64,000 nucleotides of DNA from a virus, in the IMG/VR virus record IMGVR_UViG_3300010165_000001, positions 64,001 to 128,000 of that record; one strand, given 5' to 3'. Position 1 is the stretch's first letter. Every line of letters begins with the position of its first letter. The position numbers were made by a program, and so were the translations under genes. A model generated the notes under the pieces. That model ran no database searches and was not told the DNA's origin. It saw nothing but the letters and a program-made list of their open reading frames with translations. Of the stretch, positions 30,476 through 39,051 are shown in pieces.

Positions 30476-31174
30476 CTACTCAAAAATAGCGAATACACCG
30501 CTATCGTCTGCTCCAAGAACGAAATTTAAGGATTGGTCTACCGATATGATACTAACAGAAAATTCTCCTCTAAATAAGTTACCATCAATAACCCAATTAT
30601 TCAAATTCACTTCAGTAACTCTTGAATCTTCTAGTAATGTTCTGTTAATTTCATTTTGTATTTTCATTCCTTGTTCAGGTGTATTCAATTCAAATAATTT
30701 GTGTAAATCAGAACCGTAGTTAGGATGTAGTAATAAAGAACCTCTCCTAGTTAACATTCTGGTTTGTAATTGTTGTTTTAAATTCTCTATACCTCTTACT
30801 GTATCTAAATCTCTATGTCCATTATCTTTAAGAGAAAGTATTTCATCACTTGTACCACTTATTTTCATATCATCATTCGTAATATTTAAGTCTCTTCCCA
30901 AAGATAATTCAACAATTTTATCTCTATCTCTTTTATTAATTTCTTGTGCCTGAAGGTTTTTTAAGTCGTCTTGTATAGGTATGATTATGTAATCACCATA
31001 AGTAACTAACTCTTCAGGTCTCTTTTGTTTCTCTTCATCAGTATCTACAATGTACGGATATTTTAAATTATTATGTTCAATTAAATCTAACCAATGTTCT
31101 GGTGTGTCAAAATAAGATTGCGAAATGCTTTGTAACGTCTCTCCATATTGTATATAATGTTTTCTTAATCTCAT
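30476..31174 (-). CDS. Baseplate wedge protein with an N-terminal LysM and a gp25/GpW-like domain
   Basis: 232 aa. It has a LysM-like segment (YIQYGETLQSISQSYFDTPEHWLDLIEHNNL) and a gp25-like motif (RRGSLLLHPNYGSDLHKL). Confidence 0.65.
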   Translation of the reverse strand: MRLRKHYIQYGETLQSISQSYFDTPEHWLDLIEHNNLKYPYIVDTDEEKQKRPEELVTYGDYIIIPIQDDLKNLQAQEINKRDRDKIVELSLGRDLNITNDDMKISGTSDEILSLKDNGHRDLDTVRGIENLKQQLQTRMLTRRGSLLLHPNYGSDLHKLFELNTPEQGMKIQNEINRTLLEDSRVTEVNLNNWVIDGNLFRGEFSVSIISVDQSLNFVLGADDSGVFAIFE

Positions 31175-31698
31175 GTCTCACCATATTCTTTCTTAATTAA
31201 TGGTAATTGTAATTTTATAAAATCTATATCTAAACTTATATTTCTTAAATCTTGTATAATACTATTATAGTCATCTATTTCACCTAAATAATCACATACA
31301 TAATTAATATTATCACTTAAAATATTTAAATCTTTCTCAGTTAAATGTTTTACATTTTCTGGGTTTTCAGTTAAAGCATTTATTGTAGAATACACCTCTA
31401 AAACAATCAGTTGCATTAAACGATAAACTTTAGAATTTTGCCTTTTTAATCCTGATTTTATAACTCTTCTTACAAAACTATTTTCCCCTAAATCTTGGGA
31501 AGTAAGTTGTACATTACCATTTTTTAAATATTTTAAATTTTCTTCTGCTAATAAACTAATTTGTAAATTAGGTGTATAATAGAAAGAAATAAAATCTAAT
31601 TCATCATCTAACATATTCGTGCTTAAGAAACTATTCTTAACTTCTATACTTGTTAAAAATTTAACCAATTCAGGTGGTTGTGGTATAATTTGATTCAT
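31171..31698 (-). CDS. Baseplate-module hypothetical protein (175 aa)
   Basis: ORF with ATGA-type overlaps on both sides. Size matches a 174-aa gene I recall in phage K. Confidence 0.5.
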   Translation of the reverse strand: MNQIIPQPPELVKFLTSIEVKNSFLSTNMLDDELDFISFYYTPNLQISLLAEENLKYLKNGNVQLTSQDLGENSFVRRVIKSGLKRQNSKVYRLMQLIVLEVYSTINALTENPENVKHLTEKDLNILSDNINYVCDYLGEIDDYNSIIQDLRNISLDIDFIKLQLPLIKKEYGET

Positions 31699-32507
31699 TA
31701 AAATCCTCCTAATCCATAACCAATAGCTAAGGACATATTGCTTAAAGAACCCTCTAAACCATTTGTATTTACTCTTGGATTATATATTGTTCTTCCTTTA
31801 CTATCTACGCCTAATGAGCCTACACCTTCTGGTGACGTTGAACCTTTTCCTCTAGCTCTATCTATCGTATCCATAGCTTGTTTATTTCTAGCATTTTGTT
31901 CTTCCTCTGCTCTTGTTTGGTCTTGTATATACCTATCACTTGTATATCCAGAACTCTTATTGTTATTTCCAATATTAGAAGAATCTATTGTATCAAACTC
32001 AGGTTCTCCTGCATCTCCTAAGATAACTAAAGAAATTTGGTATTTGTATAATAGAGATTGTTCACTTGAACGTTCTATCTTAAATCCTTGTGGAGATAAA
32101 TGTACTTTGTAAGATTCATCATCTGTTAAGTTATAAAACACCATGTCATAAGAACTCTTATTACCACTACCTGCAGTATTACCATATTTATTAATTATAT
32201 CTTCTAGCTCATCTAATTTATCTTTACCATTTTTCATTTTCCCATCAAAATCTTTACGTCTTTTTAATCCTGTTTGACCAGAGAATTGAATTGTTTTTAC
32301 ATCTTGTCCGTAATCTTCATAAAGAATACTTGATTGTGTTTTTAGTACTGAAGTTCTATGTGGTATTTCTTTACTATAATCTTCAGGGTTTACTCTGAAC
32401 CTATATATTTTTGTTGTACCATCACTCTTATGTTTTAATTCTAATACAAAACGTTTTAAAGTATTTCTATCTTTTGTCGTATAATCTGCTTGTGGCACAA
32501 TTTTCAC
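31698..32507 (-). CDS. Baseplate-module hypothetical protein (269 aa)
   Basis: First gene after the terminator at 32586-32612. Size matches a 263-aa gene I recall in phage K. Confidence 0.5.
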   Translation of the reverse strand: MKIVPQADYTTKDRNTLKRFVLELKHKSDGTTKIYRFRVNPEDYSKEIPHRTSVLKTQSSILYEDYGQDVKTIQFSGQTGLKRRKDFDGKMKNGKDKLDELEDIINKYGNTAGSGNKSSYDMVFYNLTDDESYKVHLSPQGFKIERSSEQSLLYKYQISLVILGDAGEPEFDTIDSSNIGNNNKSSGYTSDRYIQDQTRAEEEQNARNKQAMDTIDRARGKGSTSPEGVGSLGVDSKGRTIYNPRVNTNGLEGSLSNMSLAIGYGLGGF

Positions 32508-32585
32508 CTCTCTATATTATAACATATTTTTTATGTATCTCCAATCTATACACAACTAATATAGCACGACCTAGTTATTTTTATT

Positions 32586-32612
32586 AAAAAAAGACCTATA
32601 TAAATAGGTCTT
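32586..32612 (-). terminator. Rho-independent terminator closing the accessory cassette
   Basis: A 9-bp stem, aagacctat/ataggtctt, with a 4-nt loop is followed on the minus strand by T7. It lies 6 nt after the stop of the 32618 gene. Confidence 0.7.
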
Positions 32613-32617
32613 AATAA

Positions 32618-33088
32618 CTAATAGGCTATTATTCTAATTAATTCTTGATTTTCATTTCCTCCAGAAGAATTAGTGCGAAATCCTTCTATATAATTATCTT
32701 GAATGTATATATATTTTTGTACAAAAGCTCCTCCTTGAGCCCCTAATATAAATTTAGTAGCTTTTTCTGATTCTGTTACGTAAGGGTGAACTTTAGGAAC
32801 GTACTGATAGTTGTAATTATGTGAACTACCTGTTTGTTTAAATAGAAATATCCATCCATTTTTACACTCAGTCAGTTTTTTATCTATATCTATTCTTTCT
32901 CCATCACCTAAAATAGACTTACCTTCCCACAATATAGTATATAGTGGTTCTCTTGTATCATTCATTATATCCTCAACATCATATTTCCACTGTTCTAAAG
33001 TCTGACCATTATTAAATGTAACGTTACCTGATAATGTTTTAGGGTACAGTTGTTGGTATTTACCATTATTATTTCCATTCATTTGCAT
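32618..33088 (-). CDS. Small knob-like protein related to the C-terminal domain of the RBP paralogues
   Basis: 156 aa. It contains ..QQLYPKTLSGNV.. and then ILWEGKSILGDGERIDIDKKL...ELIRIIAY. This parallels VLWQGALSF...TRIIGYN (18203 protein) and YLWDGTLDL...KRITGIN (20016 protein). Confidence 0.5.
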   Translation of the reverse strand: MQMNGNNNGKYQQLYPKTLSGNVTFNNGQTLEQWKYDVEDIMNDTREPLYTILWEGKSILGDGERIDIDKKLTECKNGWIFLFKQTGSSHNYNYQYVPKVHPYVTESEKATKFILGAQGGAFVQKYIYIQDNYIEGFRTNSSGGNENQELIRIIAY

Positions 33089-34183
33089 TTAGTTATTACC
33101 CCTTATTTGTATATTGTCATATTCATTTGTCGGGTACTTAGGTAAACCTGCTCCATATTTCTCAACTTCTCCAAGATTTTCAGCATTAACAGACATTCTC
33201 TGCAATATTTTTTCCCTATCTTCACCATATTTTTGTTTATATAGTATATATATTCCTAATGTAGCTGGTGCAGCATAAGAAGTTCCTGTTCCTGAATTAT
33301 ATGATTGACTTACTTCTTTTGTCTTATCTATAGTTGTAGATAATATACTCGTTCCTCCGTTTGAAAAATCTATATTTCTTCCTACAGAACTATTTAGATT
33401 CTTCTCTTTATTATCTTTAATATTAGCACAAGTTACTACAAAAGGATATTTAGACGGGTATACTACATTATGAGATTCTTGGTCATCTGAAGGTTGGGTA
33501 TTACCTGCACTACAAAAAATAGCTACCCCTGCTTCATAAGCAGCTCGAAAAGCTTCTTTTCTTGCATAGGATTCTGTGGTACTAGAGAAAGAACAATTTA
33601 CAGCATCCATACCATTTTCTATAGCCCAATTTATTCCTTTTATTTGGGAACTCCATATTGTCCTATTTATACCACCTTTACCATCATCTATTCTTATAGC
33701 GTATAAATCTACATCAGGAGCTATACCTAAAACTTTATTATCTAAACCTTTAGATGCTATAATACCTCCAACTCTTGTTCCATGACTACTCACTAAGTCT
33801 TTATCGTAAGGTACACTTGAATCATAAGCATTATATCCACCCGCTAAAACTATATTTTCATGTTTTTGTATACCTGTATCCATAACCCCTACCTTAAACC
33901 CTTTACCTGTAATTCCTTCTTTATGAAATTCCTTAATATTCATCATATCAAAAGCATAGGTTGTTTCTGTAGATTCTAAATTAGTTTCATCTGTAGTATC
34001 ATTACTATCTTTTTCTATGCTTAATATACTAGGTTCTTTATATAATTCCTTAACATCTTCCTCTTCCATATAACAAATACAAATTCTTTTTATGTGTTTT
34101 AATTTTTCTATTTTTATTGCTCCATGATTTGAAAGTAACTCTTCGTTACCTTCTCTATTAAAAGTTATTAAATATTTATTCAT
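33089..34183 (-). CDS. Subtilisin-like (S8) serine protease with an I9-like N-terminal prodomain
   Basis: 364 aa. The catalytic triad motifs are intact: VGVMDTGI (Asp), SSHGTRVGGIIA (His) and GTGTSYAAPA (Ser). The oxyanion region is DAVNCSFSS. The N-terminal ~70 aa (YLITFNREGNEELL...LSIEKD) looks like an inhibitor_I9 propeptide. I see no signal peptide. Confidence 0.85.
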   Translation of the reverse strand: MNKYLITFNREGNEELLSNHGAIKIEKLKHIKRICICYMEEEDVKELYKEPSILSIEKDSNDTTDETNLESTETTYAFDMMNIKEFHKEGITGKGFKVGVMDTGIQKHENIVLAGGYNAYDSSVPYDKDLVSSHGTRVGGIIASKGLDNKVLGIAPDVDLYAIRIDDGKGGINRTIWSSQIKGINWAIENGMDAVNCSFSSTTESYARKEAFRAAYEAGVAIFCSAGNTQPSDDQESHNVVYPSKYPFVVTCANIKDNKEKNLNSSVGRNIDFSNGGTSILSTTIDKTKEVSQSYNSGTGTSYAAPATLGIYILYKQKYGEDREKILQRMSVNAENLGEVEKYGAGLPKYPTNEYDNIQIRGNN

Positions 34184-34965
34184 TAGTCAGTCACCTCAAA
34201 CCAAATCATTGCTTCTTGTGGTTCTTCTTTAGATACTACGATAGGATTCCTAGTTATTAGTTTATCTTTGACCTTATCATTAACTTTTAGACTTTCTAAG
34301 AATGGGTAGTACATTAAGTTTTCTTTTTCAACTGTTTCTCTCTTTTGATATTCTTCTACAGCCTTAACTACAGCATCTGCATAATCATATAACTTCTGAG
34401 TCCAGTTGTTTTTATTTTCTCTATTCGACCTTGACCAATTTCCACCTAAAAAGAAATCTTTTCGTTGTTGTGTAGAAAGTTCTAATTGTACACCCATGCC
34501 TAAAGTTGTTCTATTAGCAATATTCATTGGTTCTACACCTGCTAGATTTCCTGGTGATTCTCTACAGTCAAAACCTTTTTCTGCTAAATTTTTCCAAATC
34601 AGGTTTTTAAGGGCAGTATTTCCACCACCCATATATGTGTAACTTCCATCTCCTGCTGCTCCATGTACAGATATAGAATGTTTTGAATCTTGTATCTTAG
34701 ATATAATTCTAGGTGCATCATACCTTGTACTCGTTACATGTAGTTGTGTATTGTTACTAGATAATTTAGCTACAAAAGAGAAATAATTATATCCACCTTT
34801 TTCGGCTATCACTCTCGCTAATTCAGTACTACCTATCTCAATACCGCCACCATGTACAGCCATAGATATAATATCACTAGGTGCATCAATTGTTTCTATA
34901 TCCCAATCTGTTCCTTCTGTTGTTTTACTCATAAGGTCAGTCATAGAATTATATAAGTCTGCCAA
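34183..34965 (-). CDS. Poly-gamma-glutamate hydrolase family protein (PghP-like, UPF0714 zinc hydrolase)
   Basis: 260 aa. The blocks AVHGGGIEIGSTEL, QLHVTSTRYDAP, SISVHGAAGD and GVQLELSTQQRKDFF match the blocks I remember from Bacillus phage PhiNIT1 PghP (HAGGIEVGTTEL, LHVTSTHFDEP, SFHG, GVQLEISSAQRRAFF). These include the His/Glu/His metal ligands. Confidence 0.8.
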   Translation of the reverse strand: MADLYNSMTDLMSKTTEGTDWDIETIDAPSDIISMAVHGGGIEIGSTELARVIAEKGGYNYFSFVAKLSSNNTQLHVTSTRYDAPRIISKIQDSKHSISVHGAAGDGSYTYMGGGNTALKNLIWKNLAEKGFDCRESPGNLAGVEPMNIANRTTLGMGVQLELSTQQRKDFFLGGNWSRSNRENKNNWTQKLYDYADAVVKAVEEYQKRETVEKENLMYYPFLESLKVNDKVKDKLITRNPIVVSKEEPQEAMIWFEVTD

Positions 34966-37900
34966 CTATAGACCCTCCTTTATTTTATACGTAGGTAATG
35001 GTTTATCTACAAAATATAAATCTTTAATAACTGAGTCTACCGTTGTTGATAATTTAATTGTATCTGAAATAGTTCCTGTATAGGATATATAATTAGTTAC
35101 ATTATCTACTTCATTATCTATCATAATACATAACACTTTAGTATTTGTAGACCATTTAACTGTTACTTTATTAAATGTATTTTCTTTAATTTTTTTAGAA
35201 CTTTGTATTGTTACCCCACCTACCGTAGCCTTAACTTGACCACTATTAACCGTTTGTACTAAAATACCTCCACCATCAATAATTGTATTATTAGATAAAG
35301 TTGTAGGTTCTATTTGAATACTTAATGTTCCTTCATTTAAGTTTAACACACTATTAGGAACTTGTAAAGTCTCACTTAAAGACTTAAATACTTCTATACC
35401 TCCATCTTTATAAATAGGTTCATTATTATTAAATGTTACTCCTCTATCAGTAATACTACTATTCCTTGTGAATATCGCTGTGTAATCTTTTGGTTTTTCT
35501 GTATCAGATATCGGGCTACTTAAATCTTTAATGTCATCTTTCGTAGCATATTCATATTTAGGAGTATATTTAGTTAATTCACCTGTACTTCTCTTATAAC
35601 TTACTTGATAGAAGTAATCATAATTTAATCCTTTTATTTTAACATAATAAGTTAAATTATTCATATTCTCTACCTCTACTCTACAACCTGTTGGTATAGA
35701 ACCTCCACCAAAATCTTTAATTGTTATTTTACTTGAGTAAAAAACAATATTATCTTGGAATGTATCTTTCATATAAATGATAAGCTCTTCTATTGTATTT
35801 ATGAATTCTCCTGTATATTCATTCACTAATTTGTTATCAATATTTGTCTTATAAGGATTATAATTAGCTGTAGGTGCTAAGAATGGTTCACCTATTGCAT
35901 TAAACGTATAGTCTTTTTCTTTAGGTTTATATTCTACAAGTAATACACCTTGTTTATTAGCATTAGCATTTGTTCTACCTTTATATACAATAATACTGAA
36001 TAGTCTATTGTTGTACGAGAAAGCACCTTCATGTTCAATAATATCTGCTGTTTTCCCTTGTGCACTTAAATAATCTTTCAGTTCTTGTGGGTGATAAGTG
36101 TAATCATTCATAATATCCCCACTAGGGCTTATCTCTTGTACACCTTGTAAATGGTATGTGTGTATTTCTGTATCTCTAGAAGGATTGTAGTTACCTCCTA
36201 ATGTTTGTACTATTGTGTTATTAACTAAAGTCATACCTTGTTTCTTAGCTGAATTATTCGTAACCCCAGTTAATAAATCATCAGACCATAAAGTTGAGTT
36301 AGAAGGGTTTATCCATAAGTAACCTGTTCGTTTACTAAAGTCTTTATTGAAGAATACAATTGTATCTCTTTGTAAATATACTCCTTTGGTTTGATTATAA
36401 TATTCTACTCCCCAACCATCTTTAGTTCTAAAGAAGTTCATGTAAGCATTTAAATTAAACTCTTTAATTGGTGTTAAAGTAGATTTCTCTTGTATATTTC
36501 TTAGGCTTGTAACATCAAACTTACCAATATTAAAACTATCTGTTCTAGCATAAAGATATGTTTTATTACCTTCTGTTTCTACATGTAATCCTTCTCCACC
36601 TGTAGTTCCTGCGAAGAACATGTTTACATATTTAAAGAATTCATCGTATACAACAATCAGTCTTTTACTCCCTGATTCTGGTGCTGAGTGTATAATATAC
36701 GTATAACCGTTATGAATTGCTAATCCTTGTGGGAATAAATAAGATAAATTTTCAGATGTTATAATACTATCATAATCTTTAAATTTAAAAGGTAAATCTG
36801 CATGTATCTTTATATCTCTAAATGTTGTTTGTCTATATTTCTCTTCTGTTTGTTTAATCTCTGGAATACTATCTACATTCAAATCATCTTTAAATGTTAC
36901 TAACTCTCGAATAATCTCATCATTTGTTTTTACGTATTTATTAATGTTACTCATAAAATTATTTAAGTTAGTAATATTACCCTCTACTCTTGAAGATACT
37001 TGTTGAACTTGAGTATTAAGTCCTGTAACTTGTTCTAAAGCACTTTTAGAACGTTGTTCAGACCTTTCAGAAGCATCTATAACTTCTAATAGGTTTTGTT
37101 TACCTGCACCATCTAAAAGGTTATTCACACCTTCTAAAGATTCTTGGATTGCTTTTAATTTAGATAACTGTTCATCTATCTGATTATCTATATCATCTAT
37201 CATAGGTTTACCATCTAAAAGTAATCCTTGGTCAGTAAATCTTAAATCATGATTACCGTTTTTTATATAGAAATCGTTATGTTCTTTATCTATACCGTAT
37301 TCTACATAATCTTGTCCGTTATCAAGTATTAAATCATCTTTCTGGGATAATGTACGTTGGTTTCCTTGGTCGTCAATCTCCCAAGAAGTTCTACTATTCG
37401 TTTCAGTATTAAGTACAGAGAACCTAAGCGTACCTTGTTCTGTTAGCTGTAACATTGTAATATGGTTATTTGTATTTAAATCTCCTTGGTGTTTAAATAA
37501 CATATCAGGTGCTCTTTGGTTTCTAGATTCAATGATTTCACCATTACCATATTTAGAAGACATTAAGTCTTCATATTCTGTACCTATACCAAAATCAGTT
37601 GCCATTGGTTTTTCATCGTCTTCAGATGTTATTGATAGGAAAGAGTTACCATTTAAACTTCTAACAATTGTACCATTACCATTTTGGAATGAGTAATTTA
37701 AAGAAGGGAAGATAGAAAACATCATACTACCGTAAGTATAAATATCATCGTTTCTAATGTCTCCACTCTCTAATGGATTAGGTGTTAGCATCTTACTATC
37801 CTCTGGATTAGAATAAATAGATAAGACAATAGGGTTTCCACTTTCACCTTCTATAAATCCTAATAAAACTAGCATACCTGGAATAATTAATGGTGTAGAA

Positions 37901-38136
37901 CCAAAAGGTCTTCCTTCTGGTGTTCTACCTGTAAATCCTCTTGGAAATGGTATAGAATATTGTCCATCTGTACCATTTACTCTTCCTGCATATGTTCTAC
38001 TTGTTCTTACTTCTACAGTACTGTATTGATAATTGACTTTCGTTATTGTACCATAAGTTAAACTATTAATTTTAAAATCATCTGAATCTGTTTTCTTTAA
38101 GTTACTACCTAAAGAAGATTGCATTTGTATTGCCAT
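34966..38136 (-). CDS. Baseplate hub/central spike protein with large C-terminal extension domains
   Basis: 1056 aa. The N-terminus (..YGTITKVNYQYSTVEVRT...IIPGMLVLLGFIEGESGNPIVLSIY) resembles a gp5/gp27-type OB-fold hub. The C-terminal ~180 aa resemble a concanavalin/LamG-like sandwich. The gene sits where phage K has its 848-aa GDPD-containing protein. Confidence 0.55.
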   Translation of the reverse strand: MAIQMQSSLGSNLKKTDSDDFKINSLTYGTITKVNYQYSTVEVRTSRTYAGRVNGTDGQYSIPFPRGFTGRTPEGRPFGSTPLIIPGMLVLLGFIEGESGNPIVLSIYSNPEDSKMLTPNPLESGDIRNDDIYTYGSMMFSIFPSLNYSFQNGNGTIVRSLNGNSFLSITSEDDEKPMATDFGIGTEYEDLMSSKYGNGEIIESRNQRAPDMLFKHQGDLNTNNHITMLQLTEQGTLRFSVLNTETNSRTSWEIDDQGNQRTLSQKDDLILDNGQDYVEYGIDKEHNDFYIKNGNHDLRFTDQGLLLDGKPMIDDIDNQIDEQLSKLKAIQESLEGVNNLLDGAGKQNLLEVIDASERSEQRSKSALEQVTGLNTQVQQVSSRVEGNITNLNNFMSNINKYVKTNDEIIRELVTFKDDLNVDSIPEIKQTEEKYRQTTFRDIKIHADLPFKFKDYDSIITSENLSYLFPQGLAIHNGYTYIIHSAPESGSKRLIVVYDEFFKYVNMFFAGTTGGEGLHVETEGNKTYLYARTDSFNIGKFDVTSLRNIQEKSTLTPIKEFNLNAYMNFFRTKDGWGVEYYNQTKGVYLQRDTIVFFNKDFSKRTGYLWINPSNSTLWSDDLLTGVTNNSAKKQGMTLVNNTIVQTLGGNYNPSRDTEIHTYHLQGVQEISPSGDIMNDYTYHPQELKDYLSAQGKTADIIEHEGAFSYNNRLFSIIVYKGRTNANANKQGVLLVEYKPKEKDYTFNAIGEPFLAPTANYNPYKTNIDNKLVNEYTGEFINTIEELIIYMKDTFQDNIVFYSSKITIKDFGGGSIPTGCRVEVENMNNLTYYVKIKGLNYDYFYQVSYKRSTGELTKYTPKYEYATKDDIKDLSSPISDTEKPKDYTAIFTRNSSITDRGVTFNNNEPIYKDGGIEVFKSLSETLQVPNSVLNLNEGTLSIQIEPTTLSNNTIIDGGGILVQTVNSGQVKATVGGVTIQSSKKIKENTFNKVTVKWSTNTKVLCIMIDNEVDNVTNYISYTGTISDTIKLSTTVDSVIKDLYFVDKPLPTYKIKEGL

Positions 38137-39039
38137 TTATTTACCCTCCACGTAAAAATCAAATATAGGGTCTTTATATCTCATAACTCTTCCGTTAAAA
38201 GCTTCCCAAAGTTCTTCTAACTTATAAGTTTTCACTTTTCCAGATTCGTCTATAGGGAAGTGACCTATAATAGTTGCTACTTCTCCATCTCCCATATAAA
38301 TACCTACATTATCGTCATTAATACCAAAGAATATTAAATCTCCTTCATTAATTTTTGAAATGTCATCTTTATATTTATGACCCTTTTCTAGTATAGTATT
38401 AAAATTCTCTCCTGTCAAGACATTAACACTTCTTAATGGATATTCTAATTCTACATCTACATTATAGTATAGCCAATAGATAAAGTTATATGAATCACAA
38501 GGAAGTTGTTTATCATCATTCACTAATGGATTCTGAAAGGGATAACCTTTATACATATAATAAATATTATCTAAATTAACGTTACCTATCATATATTCAT
38601 AGTAAGCTTGTTCTGACTTTCTAAGTTCAGGTTGTAGGTCTTCATAATCCATATAGGTAGCATATATTTGCTGTATGTCTGAAGATAAGGAACTTATAAA
38701 ATAACTTGATTTAAGTGTTCTTTCTACTTTTATTTGTTCAGTATGTTCTGATTCAGCCTTCTTACCATCATAAGTATGTGTTAAGGTTCTTACCTTAATA
38801 TTTACTTCATATAATCCTGTTTGTATTTCTTTTATATCATAGTTAGAGTTTGTTATTATCATTTGTTGAATTACATTAGAGTAAGGTCTTAAATGTGAAG
38901 CTGAATCTACTGTATCTGTTTCTGCTATTTGTTCTAATTCTTTTTGTTTATCAAATATTGTATCTTCATCAAAATCTTTTTCATATTCATATATATTTTT
39001 AATATACATCTCTACTATTTTATTAATATCTGTATCCAA
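38137..39039 (-). CDS. NlpC/P60-like putative tail peptidase
   Basis: 300 aa. It has a candidate catalytic Cys (QLPCDSYNFIYWLY) and a distal ..EGDLIFFGINDDNVGIYMGDGEVATIIGH.. segment typical of NlpC/P60. Size and position match the 295-aa hydrolase I recall in phage K. Confidence 0.5.
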   Translation of the reverse strand: MDTDINKIVEMYIKNIYEYEKDFDEDTIFDKQKELEQIAETDTVDSASHLRPYSNVIQQMIITNSNYDIKEIQTGLYEVNIKVRTLTHTYDGKKAESEHTEQIKVERTLKSSYFISSLSSDIQQIYATYMDYEDLQPELRKSEQAYYEYMIGNVNLDNIYYMYKGYPFQNPLVNDDKQLPCDSYNFIYWLYYNVDVELEYPLRSVNVLTGENFNTILEKGHKYKDDISKINEGDLIFFGINDDNVGIYMGDGEVATIIGHFPIDESGKVKTYKLEELWEAFNGRVMRYKDPIFDFYVEGK

Positions 39040-39051
39040 AATAGAACCTCC

